DNA of 64,000 nucleotides from Bacillales bacterium (GCA_027343965.1 DAHWJX010000085.1:997-64996); one strand, 5' to 3'; positions 27,317 to 37,199 are shown, counted from the first letter of the stretch. The notes: a model not told the origin generated them from the sequence alone. Made by a program: numbers and translations.

Positions 27317-28164
27317 CCGGATCACCGGTCTTTTTTTATGCTACGATGAGGTTGGGGGCGAAACTTTTCGTGGATACGTTGCTACGGATACGAGACTGGG
27401 AAATGTTTGGTATTTATGCAGGATTTTCTGGACGTCATGGAGGTAGAAGCACAGGTGATTTTTCTTCGCTCAATATTGGCCTGCATGTCGGCGATGAAAG
27501 TCAGGCCGTGTTGCACAATCGCCGAGAGATCGCCCACGACTTGGGTATCAGTGACCGACAAGTCACGTATGCTGAGCAAGTCCATGGCACCGATGTTGCG
27601 GTGATTGATGAGTACCACGTGGGTTTGGGTAACGCATCGTTGCAAGACGCTGTGCGAGGCGTTGATGCAATGGTGACAACGGTCAATCGTGCAGCACTAG
27701 CTATTGTGGCCGCTGATTGTGTACCACTGCTTTTTGCAGACATTCGTCATCATGTGGTTGGTGCAGCCCATGCAGGTTGGCGAGGTGTGACAGGCGGTAT
27801 TGTGACAAAGACGGTAGAAACGATGTTGGCTTGCGGAGCATCACTAACCTCCCTTTGCGTTGCTATGGGACCTGCCATTCGGGGTTGTTGTTACGAGGTG
27901 GATGAACCTGTTATCACCCACTTTAAAGAAGCCTATCAACGTATCGGCAAAAAACCGCAATGGCAACCTTCACCAAGGCACAATCATCGTGTCATGGTTG
28001 ATCTGCCGACATTGTTGCGTGATCAACTCACTTCTCTTGGCATTGCAAAAGACAGCATACTGGATTCGGCTATTTGTACTCATTGCATGGATGGGTACTA
28101 TTCCTTTCGAAAAGAACAAGGAAAGACAGGACGCCATGGAGGATTTATCGCTTTGCGTCGGTAA
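27313..28164 (+). CDS. pgeF: YlmD/PgeF family (laccase-domain / peptidoglycan editing factor); exact start uncertain
   Basis: GFSGRHGGRS, VHGTDV, DAMVT, ADCVPLL, HAGWRG, CCYEV and CT.C motifs. Confidence 0.85.
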   Translation: MTGSPVFFYATMRLGAKLFVDTLLRIRDWEMFGIYAGFSGRHGGRSTGDFSSLNIGLHVGDESQAVLHNRREIAHDLGISDRQVTYAEQVHGTDVAVIDEYHVGLGNASLQDAVRGVDAMVTTVNRAALAIVAADCVPLLFADIRHHVVGAAHAGWRGVTGGIVTKTVETMLACGASLTSLCVAMGPAIRGCCYEVDEPVITHFKEAYQRIGKKPQWQPSPRHNHRVMVDLPTLLRDQLTSLGIAKDSILDSAICTHCMDGYYSFRKEQGKTGRHGGFIALRR

Positions 28165-28180
28165 GAGGAGGATATGATTC

Positions 28181-28894
28181 TTGCTTGACAAAGAAGATGA
28201 AGCAATGTACATACGCAATGTGACAGACAGAAAGCACACGATTGAGCAAGAAATCCATGATGCTCTAAGCAGAACGCATCAGCATCATGATGTTCGCGTG
28301 ATCGCTGTGACCAAGTATATTGATGAAACAAAAGCTTGCTTACTTCCAGCGGCCGGGATCACTGATTGTGCTGAAAACCGTTTTCAGGTAGCTGAACCTA
28401 AACTCGCTGAAAACATCCCGGTTGTCTGGCATTTTATTGGACCTGTGCAGATGAATAAAGCAAAAAAGGTCGCGCAATATTTTGATTTTGTGCATAGTGT
28501 AGACCGAAAGGAACTGCTTGATGGACTTGATCGCCATAGGATGTCTGAACAACCGTTGCAAATTTTGCTTCAAGTGAATATGTCTGGCGAACCACAAAAA
28601 TCCGGGGTTGATCCAGAATCGGCTGTTGATCTTGCTATCCATTGTTTAAGCAAAACCAATCTGCAATTAGCAGGATTGATGATGATCGGAACTCGTTATG
28701 ATGATAGGATGATGGCTCGAAAGGAGTTTCGGGCTTTACGGGAGCTTCGTGATGATCTTCTTAATCGCCTTTCTTTACCAAAGCTTGAGTTATCCATGGG
28801 CATGTCAAATGACTTTTCGGTAGCCGTCGAAGAGGGAGCGACGATGGTGCGAATAGGCCGTTTTTTGGTTTTGGAAGAAAATCCTCGAACATAA
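28181..28894 (+). CDS. ylmE: PLP-homeostasis protein YggS/YlmE
   Basis: TTG 9 nt after AGGAGG. VIAVTKY (PLP lysine), HFIGPVQMNKAKK, LSMGMSNDF and MVRIG. Confidence 0.88.
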   Translation: MLDKEDEAMYIRNVTDRKHTIEQEIHDALSRTHQHHDVRVIAVTKYIDETKACLLPAAGITDCAENRFQVAEPKLAENIPVVWHFIGPVQMNKAKKVAQYFDFVHSVDRKELLDGLDRHRMSEQPLQILLQVNMSGEPQKSGVDPESAVDLAIHCLSKTNLQLAGLMMIGTRYDDRMMARKEFRALRELRDDLLNRLSLPKLELSMGMSNDFSVAVEEGATMVRIGRFLVLEENPRT

Positions 28895-28950
28895 GTGGAT
28901 TATAGTGTATCTTTAGATTATAGTTTCGCTCATAGGGAGGTCGTTTATGC

Positions 28951-29373
28951 ATGTTACAACGCCTATGGAATTTTATCGGCCTTGGCGATGAGGAATCCGA
29001 AGAAGCGCCTGTGATGCACGAACAGATGGATGAAGATATGGATGTTGAACCGAGTATGGCAAGAAACCGGGCACCGGTACTGAATTTGCACACGCAAAAA
29101 CAAGTGCGCGTTGTCTTGGCTGAACCAGGCAGTTACGAGGACGCTCAGGTGATCGCGGATCATTTGAAGGGGCATCGCTCCGTGATTGTTAATCTGCATA
29201 AGGCAGAATATACGCAAGCGCTACGTGTGGTGGATTTTTTAAGTGGGTGTGTGTATTCTCTTGGCGGTACAATGCAAAAACTAGGGAAGAATATCTTTTT
29301 ATGCGCTCCGGATAATGTGGATATTCAAGGAACGATCAGCGAATATCTTGCCGGTGAGACGAGACATATTTGA
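28951..29373 (+). CDS. sepF: Cell division protein SepF
   Basis: MLQRLWNFIGLGDEE N-terminal amphipathic helix. Conserved C-terminal domain (SYEDAQVIADHLKGHRSVIVNL...VVDFLSG). Confidence 0.9.
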   Translation: MLQRLWNFIGLGDEESEEAPVMHEQMDEDMDVEPSMARNRAPVLNLHTQKQVRVVLAEPGSYEDAQVIADHLKGHRSVIVNLHKAEYTQALRVVDFLSGCVYSLGGTMQKLGKNIFLCAPDNVDIQGTISEYLAGETRHI

Positions 29374-29382
29374 GGTGACGCA

Positions 29383-29679
29383 GTGCAGGCGACCATATTA
29401 TATTGGTTATCTTTCATTTTGCAGGTTTATTGGTATGCAATTTTTGCCCGGGTTTTGCTCAGTTGGTTTCCAAACGTGCAGTCTACTGCGCTAGGACGCT
29501 TTTTTATCAACATCACAGAACCTTATCTCGCACCCTTTCGCAGGCTGATTCCGCCTCTCAATTTGGGTGGGGGCTATTTGGACTTGTCTGTTATCGTTGC
29601 TGTGATATTGTATATGTTTGTGGATAATGGCATCCTGTGGGTCATGCAAATGATCTTGAATGCGCTTGGTGTGCAGTAA
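29383..29679 (+). CDS. ylmG: YggT/YlmG family membrane protein
   Basis: GTG start. YWYAIFARVLLSWFP...PYLAPFRRLIP is characteristic of YggT. Confidence 0.88.
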   Translation: MQATILYWLSFILQVYWYAIFARVLLSWFPNVQSTALGRFFINITEPYLAPFRRLIPPLNLGGGYLDLSVIVAVILYMFVDNGILWVMQMILNALGVQ

Positions 29680-29680
29680 G

Positions 29681-30463
29681 ATGAATGACGTAACGTGGGT
29701 GCAAATTCGGCCTTTTGAGCAAGCTTTTGTTCGCCAGTTGAATGATCGTGCCAATCGCGTGGATGATCGACGGTCGTATGTAACCGATTTTCTTACACCG
29801 AGGGAACAAGTTATTGCAGAACACATCGCTCGAGCCAATGGCTTGTCAAGTCTTTCGTTTGGCGGTTATGAGCAAGCGGAGCGTCGTCGCGTGCTGTTTT
29901 ACGATGGCCGTGAAGAAGATCTGCCTGGCATGGCATCATATGCTGTTTCTTGCCTCATGGCGACGAGTAAGCGCGGATCCGCACCACTTCGTCATAGTGA
30001 TTATCTCGGATCACTTTTAGGTCTTGGCATTAAGCGCGACAAGTTGGGCGATCTTGTTCTATTTGATGGCGGTGTATACGCTTTTTGCACGGCGGATATG
30101 GCGGGCGTACTTCTGCAAGAATGGTCCGAAGCCGGACGGACGCGTCTAACGGTGCGATTGATCACAGCAATTCATGAACATGATTTCACGCCGCCCTCCA
30201 TCGAAAAACTGACGGTGACAATGCAGAGTTTACGGTTAGATGCGTTAGTTGCGCATGCTTTTTCTTTATCTCGCACTAAAGTTGTAGAACCGATTAAAGC
30301 AGGCTTGGTGCAATTGAATTTTACCGTTTGCTCAGATCCTGCGGCAGCCATTTCACCGGGTGATGTCTTGTCGTTTCGGGGTCACGGACGAGCTCGTGTG
30401 GTAGAGATTGGCGGTAATAGTCGAAGTGGGCGTATTTTTGTGACGATAGGCCGCTATCGGTAA
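29681..30463 (+). CDS. ylmH: S4-domain RNA-binding protein YlmH
   Basis: FLTPREQVI and a C-terminal S4-like segment (LRLDALVAHAFSLSRTKVVEPIKAGLVQLN). Position before divIVA. Start taken at the ATG just after the ylmG stop. Confidence 0.8.
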   Translation: MNDVTWVQIRPFEQAFVRQLNDRANRVDDRRSYVTDFLTPREQVIAEHIARANGLSSLSFGGYEQAERRRVLFYDGREEDLPGMASYAVSCLMATSKRGSAPLRHSDYLGSLLGLGIKRDKLGDLVLFDGGVYAFCTADMAGVLLQEWSEAGRTRLTVRLITAIHEHDFTPPSIEKLTVTMQSLRLDALVAHAFSLSRTKVVEPIKAGLVQLNFTVCSDPAAAISPGDVLSFRGHGRARVVEIGGNSRSGRIFVTIGRYR

Positions 30464-30557
30464 AAACAGAAAAAGGAATTTCGTCGGGTTCTGTCGAAAA
30501 AACAAGTGGACAGGTATAAGTTCGAAAAGAGAACCGTATAGCGGGGGGTAGAGTCTG

Positions 30558-31034
30558 GTGCCTTTAACACCACTCGATATTCATAACAAAGAGTTTAAGC
30601 GATCGTTGCGCGGATACAATGAAGATGAGGTCAATGATTTTTTAGATCGAGTTATTAAAGATTATGAAGTCTTGATCCGCCAAAACAAAGAGCTTGAAGA
30701 ACGCGTGCAACACACAGAAGATCAGATTAAACAATTCAAAGCGATGGAAGATTCTTTGGGTAAGTCGATCATGCTTGCGCAAGAAACGGCTGAAGAATTA
30801 AAGCAAAACGCGAGAAAAGAAGCGCAACTCGTGATTCGTGAGGCAGAGAAAAATGCTGATCGCATTGTACAAGATGCTTTGAACAAAGCGCGAAGAACGG
30901 CATTGGATTTGGATGAAGTAAAAAAACAAGCGGCGATTTTTCGTGCGCGTTTACGTTCACTATTGCAGGCACAAGGTGAATTGCTTGATTCCGTGGAGTG
31001 GGATGAGGTTGCCGGCGATCGCACTGACTCGTAA
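30558..31034 (+). CDS. divIVA: Cell division/septum-site protein DivIVA
   Basis: GTG after GGGGGG. PLTPLDIHNKEFKRSLRGYNEDEVNDFLD N-terminal domain plus coiled coil. Confidence 0.93.
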   Translation: MPLTPLDIHNKEFKRSLRGYNEDEVNDFLDRVIKDYEVLIRQNKELEERVQHTEDQIKQFKAMEDSLGKSIMLAQETAEELKQNARKEAQLVIREAEKNADRIVQDALNKARRTALDLDEVKKQAAIFRARLRSLLQAQGELLDSVEWDEVAGDRTDS

Positions 31035-31091
31035 GATGACGACTGTGCGGGAATCCTTTAAGGACTTTGTTACGTCACAACGGATGTCTGC

Positions 31092-31118
31092 GCCCCTTTG
31101 GGATGCGGGCATTTTTTT
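31092..31118 (+). terminator. Weak terminator-like element after divIVA
   Basis: Only a 4-5-bp GC stem (gccc/gggc), followed by aTTTTTTT. Confidence 0.3.
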
Positions 31119-31139
31119 GTTCAATAAGGAGGAGTAAGC

Positions 31140-33899
31140 GTGGATTATGATAAGACGTTAAATCTGCCTGAGACGGAGTTCCCGATGCGTGGAAACCTTC
31201 CACAAAAGGAACCGCAGATTCTTGCACGATGGAAGGACATGCATCTGTATGATATGGTGCAAAAAACGAAGCAAGGAAAGCGCAAATTTATTTTGCACGA
31301 TGGACCACCGTACGCCAACGGTGACACACACTTGGGTCATGCATTAAACAAGATTTTGAAAGATATTATCGTAAAGTCAAAAAGCATGGCGGGTTACGAT
31401 GCTCCGTACGTGCCCGGTTGGGACACGCACGGGTTGCCGATTGAAAACGCGATTATCAAGTCCCAAAAGTTGAATCGTCATGAGCTTGGTGTTCTTTCGT
31501 TTCGTGAGGCATGCGCCGCCTATGCTCGCAAATTTGTTGATTTGCAAAAAGGACAATTTGAGCGTTTTGGCGTACGCGGGGATTTTGATCATCCTTATGT
31601 CACGATGGATAATGACTATGAGGCCGAACAAATTCGCGTGTTTGGTGCGATGGCCGAACGTGGGTACATTTATAAAGGATTAAAACCTGTGTATTGGTGT
31701 CCGAGTTGTGAGACAGCTTTAGCTGAGGCGGAAATTGAGTATGAAAACAAAGTGTCACTATCAATCTATATTGCTTTTGAAGTAAAGGATGGCAAAGGCA
31801 TCTTACCGAATGATGCAGAGATCGTAATTTGGACGACTACACCTTGGACGATTCCAGCCAACGTGGCGATTGCTGTTGGCTCTGATTTTTCTTATGTATT
31901 GGTTGAAATCGATGGAAGAAAGCTCGTCGTAGCCGAAAAATTGCTGGATACCTTTCTGAAAGAAATCGGACAGTCGCAAACGGCTCCTAAAAAACTATCT
32001 GAGTTCACCGGCGAACAACTTGAACATGTGGTTGCTAAGCACCCTTTGTATGATCGTGATTCCGTGGTTATTTTGGGTGACCACGTAACGCTGGAAGCCG
32101 GCACAGGAGCGGTTCATACAGCGCCGGGTCATGGTATGGACGATTATCTTGTGAGCCTTCGTTATAATTTGCAAGTACTTGCTCCACTTGATCATAAAGC
32201 GCGGTTTACAGATCAAGCACAACCCTACACAGGTCAATTTTATGAAAAGGCAAATCCTGTAATATTAGAGGACTTAAAGCAACGTGGAAGGTTGCTTGGT
32301 GAAGGCAAGTTAGCTCACCAATATCCACATTGTTGGCGTTGTAAAAACCCTGTGATTTATCGTGCCACAGAACAATGGTTTGCGTCGATTGAAAAGTTTC
32401 GTGAAGCTATGCTTGAACAAATTGAACAGGTCGACTGGGCAATCCCATGGGGTAAAATTCGCCTGCACAATATGGTGGCTGATCGCACAGACTGGTGTAT
32501 TTCGAGACAACGCACATGGGGTGTTCCAATTCCTGCCTTTTATTGCGAGGATTGTGGAGAGTCCATCTTGACGGTACAAACCATTGAACATGTTGCTCGG
32601 GTGTTTCATGAACATGGATCACAAGCGTGGTGGGCCATGGATGCCTCGGCGTTGTTGCCGGAAGGGTTTCGTTGCGCATGTGGCAGTACAACATTTCGTA
32701 AAGAGCAAGACATCATGGATGTGTGGTTTGATTCAGGGTCAAGCCACATGTCCGTCTTGCGGCAACGAAAAGAACTTTCCTGGCCAGCGGATTTGTATAT
32801 TGAAGGGTCTGACCAATATCGCGGTTGGTTTAACTCATCTTTGTCGACGTCCGTTGCCGTCACAGGGCAAGCACCTTATCGACAAGTACTATCACATGGA
32901 TTTACGCTTGATGGCGAAGGACGCAAAATGTCGAAGAGTCTCGGTAATGGGATCGATCCTTTAAAAGTCATTGATCAGATGGGTGCTGATATTTTACGAC
33001 TTTGGGTGTCTTCGGTCGATTATCGTGCGGACGTTCGCATTTCTAATGCGATCTTAAAACAAGTTTCTGAAGTATATCGTAAGATTCGCAATACGTTGCG
33101 GTTTTTATTAGGGAACTTGGCTGATTTTACGCCTTCAAACCGAGTCGCTTATCAAGGTTTACGTGAGATCGATCGATATATTCTTGATCGCTTAGCGCGT
33201 GTACAGGAACGCTGCTTTGAAGCTTATGAGCAATACGAATTTCACGTGGTGTACCATGCGATACAAAATTTTTGTGCTAATGATTTGTCAAGTTTCTACC
33301 TAGACGTGGCTAAAGATACGCTTTATGTCGAGAATGCTGATGCGCTTTCACGCCGCTGTGTACAAACCGTACTTGCTGAGTGCTTGCGGGTCTTGACGGA
33401 ACTGATTGCGCCCATCTTAACGTTTACGGCTGATGAAGTTTGGAGTTATGGCCATGACAAAGCGGTACCGAGCATTCAAATGACCGAGTGGGAAAAGCTT
33501 CCCAAAGAATACCGCGACGATGAACTCAAACATGCATGGGATCGTTTGTTGGTGTTACGAGATGCTGTTTTACAAGCCCTTGAAGGAGCACGTCAAGCTA
33601 AGATGATCGGTCAATCGCTGGCGGCTCGTGTTGATTTGTATCAAGTGGCTGATTATGAGCACATCGCACCCTATCGAGATGAGTTGCGTGATTTGCTGAT
33701 TGTGTCGGAGGTTTATTTACATGATCAAGAAGAAACAGCACCTCTAGATGCTGTGAAAACTGATGTGGCGGCGATAACCGTAGGTGCAGCAGAGGGTGAA
33801 AAGTGCGCTCGTTGCTGGCACATCACGAATGATATTGGCGTAGACAGGGAACATTCTGATGTTTGTGGTCGCTGTGCAGAGATTTTGCACCAACTTTAG
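31140..33899 (+). CDS. ileS: Isoleucine--tRNA ligase (type 1, C-terminal zinc finger)
   Basis: GTG after AAGGAGGAG. HDGPPYANGDTHLGH (HIGH), KMSKS, and a C-terminal CARCW...CGRC. Confidence 0.97.
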   Translation: MDYDKTLNLPETEFPMRGNLPQKEPQILARWKDMHLYDMVQKTKQGKRKFILHDGPPYANGDTHLGHALNKILKDIIVKSKSMAGYDAPYVPGWDTHGLPIENAIIKSQKLNRHELGVLSFREACAAYARKFVDLQKGQFERFGVRGDFDHPYVTMDNDYEAEQIRVFGAMAERGYIYKGLKPVYWCPSCETALAEAEIEYENKVSLSIYIAFEVKDGKGILPNDAEIVIWTTTPWTIPANVAIAVGSDFSYVLVEIDGRKLVVAEKLLDTFLKEIGQSQTAPKKLSEFTGEQLEHVVAKHPLYDRDSVVILGDHVTLEAGTGAVHTAPGHGMDDYLVSLRYNLQVLAPLDHKARFTDQAQPYTGQFYEKANPVILEDLKQRGRLLGEGKLAHQYPHCWRCKNPVIYRATEQWFASIEKFREAMLEQIEQVDWAIPWGKIRLHNMVADRTDWCISRQRTWGVPIPAFYCEDCGESILTVQTIEHVARVFHEHGSQAWWAMDASALLPEGFRCACGSTTFRKEQDIMDVWFDSGSSHMSVLRQRKELSWPADLYIEGSDQYRGWFNSSLSTSVAVTGQAPYRQVLSHGFTLDGEGRKMSKSLGNGIDPLKVIDQMGADILRLWVSSVDYRADVRISNAILKQVSEVYRKIRNTLRFLLGNLADFTPSNRVAYQGLREIDRYILDRLARVQERCFEAYEQYEFHVVYHAIQNFCANDLSSFYLDVAKDTLYVENADALSRRCVQTVLAECLRVLTELIAPILTFTADEVWSYGHDKAVPSIQMTEWEKLPKEYRDDELKHAWDRLLVLRDAVLQALEGARQAKMIGQSLAARVDLYQVADYEHIAPYRDELRDLLIVSEVYLHDQEETAPLDAVKTDVAAITVGAAEGEKCARCWHITNDIGVDREHSDVCGRCAEILHQL

Positions 33900-33914
33900 G
33901 TTCAAGATAAGATT

Positions 33915-33946
33915 AGGGGAAGCTTAGTGATGCTTCCCCTATCTTT
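33915..33946. terminator. Bidirectional rho-independent terminator
   Basis: 9-bp stem aggggaagc / gcttcccct between convergent genes. Confidence 0.75.
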
Positions 33947-34142
33947 AGATAAATTGTGTCACAAGAACAAACAAAAGGCCGATCAAGCCGACGATCACAA
34001 AGTACGACGTAAATCCCAAGACATCATTATAGAGATACTTGACGGCGAAACTGCTGACCACTTCGATGCCGGCAATCCAGATGAGCATGGTACCTAGCGA
34101 TCGAAACCATCGTCGTCCCATACCAAAACCCCTTTCTGTCAT
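33945..34142 (-). CDS. Small hypothetical membrane protein (2 TM helices)
   Basis: 65-aa ORF with two hydrophobic helices. Two possible ATG starts, each with a purine-rich RBS. No recognisable family. Confidence 0.45.
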   Translation of the reverse strand: MTERGFGMGRRWFRSLGTMLIWIAGIEVVSSFAVKYLYNDVLGFTSYFVIVGLIGLLFVLVTQFI

Positions 34143-34289
34143 GTCTTACTATCCCACCCGTTTGGACTATTGACAACCTATATTTGATGGCAGGCTATGA
34201 ACTTCTTTTGACAAGCATATGGTGATGCACCTAGGAAACACTATCTTGGTAAAAACATGGTGTGAGTTTTATCATCAGGGGGACTGTTC

Positions 34290-34910
34290 ATGAATGCTAT
34301 GGATCGATTTGAACAAGAGCGTCAAGCGTTGATCGATGAACGCAATCTCTTACAAAAAAAACTACAGGAAAATGAATCCTACGGCTTGGATCATGCTATG
34401 AATGATGCAATTGGTGAATTGTCCGGCTATGATCAACATCCAGCCGACATCGCGACAGAGATGTACGAACGGGCAAAGGACATTAGTTTACGTGAACATG
34501 ATTTGGTACGACTTGAACAACTAGAGACAGCTTTGTCGCACTTTGTAGATGGCACATACGGGACGTGTGATCGTTGCCATCAACCGATCGAACGGATGCG
34601 TTTGTCAGCTCAACCTGCTGCACTTCTTTGCATTCGGTGTGAAGAAAAAAAGGATCATAAGACGCAACCTCATGATCGGCCGATTGAGGAAGAAGTGTTG
34701 TACCCACCATTTGCGCGAACGAACTTGGATTTCACGGATCAGACAGGTTTTGATGGGGAAGATGCCTGGCAGGCCGTAGCTGCCATGAATAATCGTCATG
34801 GCGATCCTGAATCGTCCATCGATGAGGAACTTTACTCCGAAGGCGGCGGGTATGTGGATGAAATGGATCAAATCTCAAATGTTCAGTATAAAGCACAACT
34901 ACCAGACTGA
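34290..34910 (+). CDS. DksA/TraR C4 zinc-finger protein, YteA/YlyA family
   Basis: GGGGGA RBS. N-terminal coiled coil plus CDRCHQPIERMRLSAQPAALLCIRCEEKK. Occupies the ylyA position (ileS to lspA) of B. subtilis. Confidence 0.85.
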   Translation: MNAMDRFEQERQALIDERNLLQKKLQENESYGLDHAMNDAIGELSGYDQHPADIATEMYERAKDISLREHDLVRLEQLETALSHFVDGTYGTCDRCHQPIERMRLSAQPAALLCIRCEEKKDHKTQPHDRPIEEEVLYPPFARTNLDFTDQTGFDGEDAWQAVAAMNNRHGDPESSIDEELYSEGGGYVDEMDQISNVQYKAQLPD

Positions 34911-34983
34911 TTGCTTATGGTGACTTGTCCCTAGCGATTGTCTCATGGTACCATGTGGCAAGGTGAGGGGGCGCGAATCAAAC

Positions 34984-35469
34984 TTGGTGTATCTCATCGG
35001 TCTATTGGTCTTCGTTCTTGATCAGGTAATTAAATGGATCGTTGCTAGCCACGTGGCGGTTGACACAGGCTTTCCCATTTTGCATGGGGTCCTTGAAATT
35101 CTTTATGTGCGTAACACAGGTGCTGCATTTAGCATCTTGACAAATCAGCGGATTATCCTGGTTGTTATCGCTGTGATTGTTGTATTACTTGTTATTTTTG
35201 TTGATCGTAAATTTGCTTCTGGCAAGTTGTCCTTACAAATACCGCTAGGCATGTTACTTGGCGGTGCCGTGGGCAATCTTTTCGATCGCGTGGTACACGG
35301 TTATGTGATCGACTATGTGTATGTGCAGGCGATTCACTTTCCTGTGTTTAATTTGGCGGACAGCGCCATTGTGGTGGCGATGATTTTACTCGTTATTCGT
35401 TCATGGAAAAGCCATGAGACTGAGGTTCTCGACAAAGGAGGCGACGATCATGAATCAAAAACCTCTTGA
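34984..35469 (+). CDS. lspA: Lipoprotein signal peptidase II
   Basis: LDQVIKW, VRNTGAAFS and FNLADSAI motifs. Start TTG/GTG at 34984/34987 after GAGGGGG (the track start at 34945 is possible but less likely). Confidence 0.88.
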   Translation: MVYLIGLLVFVLDQVIKWIVASHVAVDTGFPILHGVLEILYVRNTGAAFSILTNQRIILVVIAVIVVLLVIFVDRKFASGKLSLQIPLGMLLGGAVGNLFDRVVHGYVIDYVYVQAIHFPVFNLADSAIVVAMILLVIRSWKSHETEVLDKGGDDHESKTS

Positions 35470-36454
35470 TGGTAACCTTGATTCTCTAGACATTTTCGAT
35501 GAGGATGCAGCGCATGAGCAAGTCGTAACGTTTACCGTGCAACAAGACCATTCAGGAATGCGTATCGATAAGTATCTAGCTGATGTATCTGATTTGTCAC
35601 GGACATACCTTCAAACATTGTTAGACCAAGGGAATATCACGATTGGCGCGTTACGTGTTCGGCACAGCAGTAAAAAAGTGTATGAGAACGACCGCGTCAC
35701 TGTCCATATTCCGGCGCCTTTCGCGATTGACGTCACGCCAGAAGATATTGATCTTACTATCGTGTTTGAAGATGAGGATTTGGTTGTTGTCAATAAGCCT
35801 AGAGGTATGGTTGCGCACCCAGGAGCTGGGCATACAAAAGGAACGCTCGTTTCCGCCTTGCTCTTTCATGTCAACAATCTATCTGGCATCGGTGGCGCCA
35901 TACGCCCGGGCATCGTGCATCGAATCGATAAGGATACAAGTGGCCTACTGGTTGTAGCAAAAACGGACCTTGCGCACCACAGCTTAAGCGAGCAGTTGCG
36001 TGAACACTCTGTGGTTCGCGTTTATGAAGCTCTTGTTCACGGACAGATCAACCATGTGACAGGAGTAATTGATGCACCGATCGGTCGAGATTCGAAAAAG
36101 AGGCAGCAGATGGCCGTGGTTCCTGACAACATGGGTAAGGATGCTATCACGCATTTTCGCGTTATGCAAAGGTTTACCTCCTATACGCACGTGGAGTTGC
36201 GTTTGGAAACAGGCAGAACACATCAGATTCGTGTGCATATGGCTTATATAGGTCATCCGGTTGCGGGTGATCCGGTCTATACGAAGCAGGATCCACTGCA
36301 TCTGGAAGGTCAATTTTTGCATGCAAAAACACTGGGTTTTGTGCATCCACGAACGCAAGAAAGTCTACTATTTCACGCCTCTTTGCCACCTTGTTTACAA
36401 CAGGTACTTGATGAACTGATGCGGCGAGATGATTTATCGACGGGCGGTCTATAA
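35450..36454 (+). CDS. rluD: 23S rRNA pseudouridine synthase RluD
   Basis: ATG after AAAGGAGG. S4 domain, HRIDKDTSGLLVVAK catalytic motif, and HQIRVH. Confidence 0.92.
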   Translation: MNQKPLDGNLDSLDIFDEDAAHEQVVTFTVQQDHSGMRIDKYLADVSDLSRTYLQTLLDQGNITIGALRVRHSSKKVYENDRVTVHIPAPFAIDVTPEDIDLTIVFEDEDLVVVNKPRGMVAHPGAGHTKGTLVSALLFHVNNLSGIGGAIRPGIVHRIDKDTSGLLVVAKTDLAHHSLSEQLREHSVVRVYEALVHGQINHVTGVIDAPIGRDSKKRQQMAVVPDNMGKDAITHFRVMQRFTSYTHVELRLETGRTHQIRVHMAYIGHPVAGDPVYTKQDPLHLEGQFLHAKTLGFVHPRTQESLLFHASLPPCLQQVLDELMRRDDLSTGGL

Positions 36455-36462
36455 CACGATGA

Positions 36463-36491
36463 TTGACCCTGTTCCGGGGCTTTGTTATAAT
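36463..36491 (+). promoter_or_regulatory. Sigma-A promoter of the pyr operon
   Basis: TTGACC (36463-36468), a 17-nt spacer, then TATAAT (36486-36491). Confidence 0.8.
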
Positions 36492-36506
36492 GAAAAAAAT
36501 TATGGG

Positions 36507-36539
36507 TCCTTTAAGCAAGTACAGAGAGACTTGCAAGGA
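36507..36539 (+). promoter_or_regulatory. PyrR binding loop (pyr attenuator anti-antiterminator hairpin)
   Basis: Lower stem tcctt/aagga, bulge taa, upper stem gcaagt/acttgc, terminal loop ACAGAGAG resembling the conserved CAGAGAG PyrR loop. Confidence 0.65.
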
Positions 36540-36583
36540 AACGGCGACATGATATGCGTAGCATTATTTTGGCGTATCTTGAG

Positions 36584-36615
36584 GGCTACCTTCCTTGGAA
36601 GGTAGCCTTTTTTGT
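36584..36615 (+). terminator. Attenuator terminator of the pyr leader
   Basis: Stem ggctacctt(cc)/(gg)aaggtagcc followed by TTTTTTGTCTTT, 27 nt before the pyrR start. The upstream gcaaggaa (36533-36540) can pair with ttccttgg (36591-36598) as an antiterminator. Confidence 0.8.
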
Positions 36616-36641
36616 CTTTCGTTTCTGGGGGTGGATGATAA

Positions 36642-37199
36642 GTGAAAGTACCAGGGGAAATTACGTTGCTCGATGCGGAGAGTATGCGCAGAGCTTTATC
36701 CCGTATCGCTTACGAAATTGTAGAGCGCATCAGTGAACTTGACCGTTTGGTTTTGTGCGGTATTCACACGCGCGGTTCGGTATTGGCCGATCGTTTAGCA
36801 CAAAAAATCCAAGAATTGGAGGGTTACTCCATTCCGCATTTTGCTATCGATATTTCGCACTATCGTGATGACCGTTTGATTATTGATGATCAAACCGGGA
36901 TCAGACAGCATAATGCATCGCTTGGTCACGAATTTGTACCTTTGATTGATGCCAAATCCATTGTGCTCGTCGATGATGTGCTTTTTACGGGAAGAACTGT
37001 TCGTGCCGCATTGGATGCATTGACGAGCACGGCCCGTCCTGATTTGATTCAGTTAGCCGTGCTGATTGATCGAGGCCATCGGGAGTTACCGATTCGTCCT
37101 GATTATATTGGCAAAAACATTCCTACGGCACGAACAGAACGTGTCCAGGTTCTTGTAACCGAAATTGATTTAAAAGACGGTGTTTACCTGAAAAAGTAA
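36642..37199 (+). CDS. pyrR: Bifunctional pyr operon regulator / uracil phosphoribosyltransferase PyrR
   Basis: GTG start. LLDAESMRRALSRIAYEIVER and the VLVDDVLFTGRTVRAAL PRPP motif. Confidence 0.95.
   Translation: MKVPGEITLLDAESMRRALSRIAYEIVERISELDRLVLCGIHTRGSVLADRLAQKIQELEGYSIPHFAIDISHYRDDRLIIDDQTGIRQHNASLGHEFVPLIDAKSIVLVDDVLFTGRTVRAALDALTSTARPDLIQLAVLIDRGHRELPIRPDYIGKNIPTARTERVQVLVTEIDLKDGVYLKK

Noticed and set aside
28898-28924. Direct repeat GATTATAGT x2 (18-bp period) upstream of sepF.
   Set aside because: It is short and AT-rich, and it probably reflects two overlapping -10-like hexamers (TATAGT). There is no evidence for a dedicated binding site.
30486-30500. Exact Spo0A-box heptamer TGTCGAA upstream of divIVA.
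   Set aside because: About 8 chance occurrences of an exact 7-mer are expected on both strands of 64 kb, and there is no second box or recognisable promoter context.
34215-34243. Possible forespore (sigma-F/G) promoter upstream of the YteA/YlyA-like gene: GCATA, a 14-nt spacer, then GGAAACACTA.
   Set aside because: The spacer is off by one, and the -10 region mismatches two or three consensus positions under either the sigma-F or sigma-G model. That is too weak to call from sequence alone.
36554-36736. 60-aa ORF spanning the pyr leader terminator and the pyrR start.
   Set aside because: It overlaps the attenuator hairpin and is out of frame with the well-supported pyrR. It is better explained as non-coding leader RNA.
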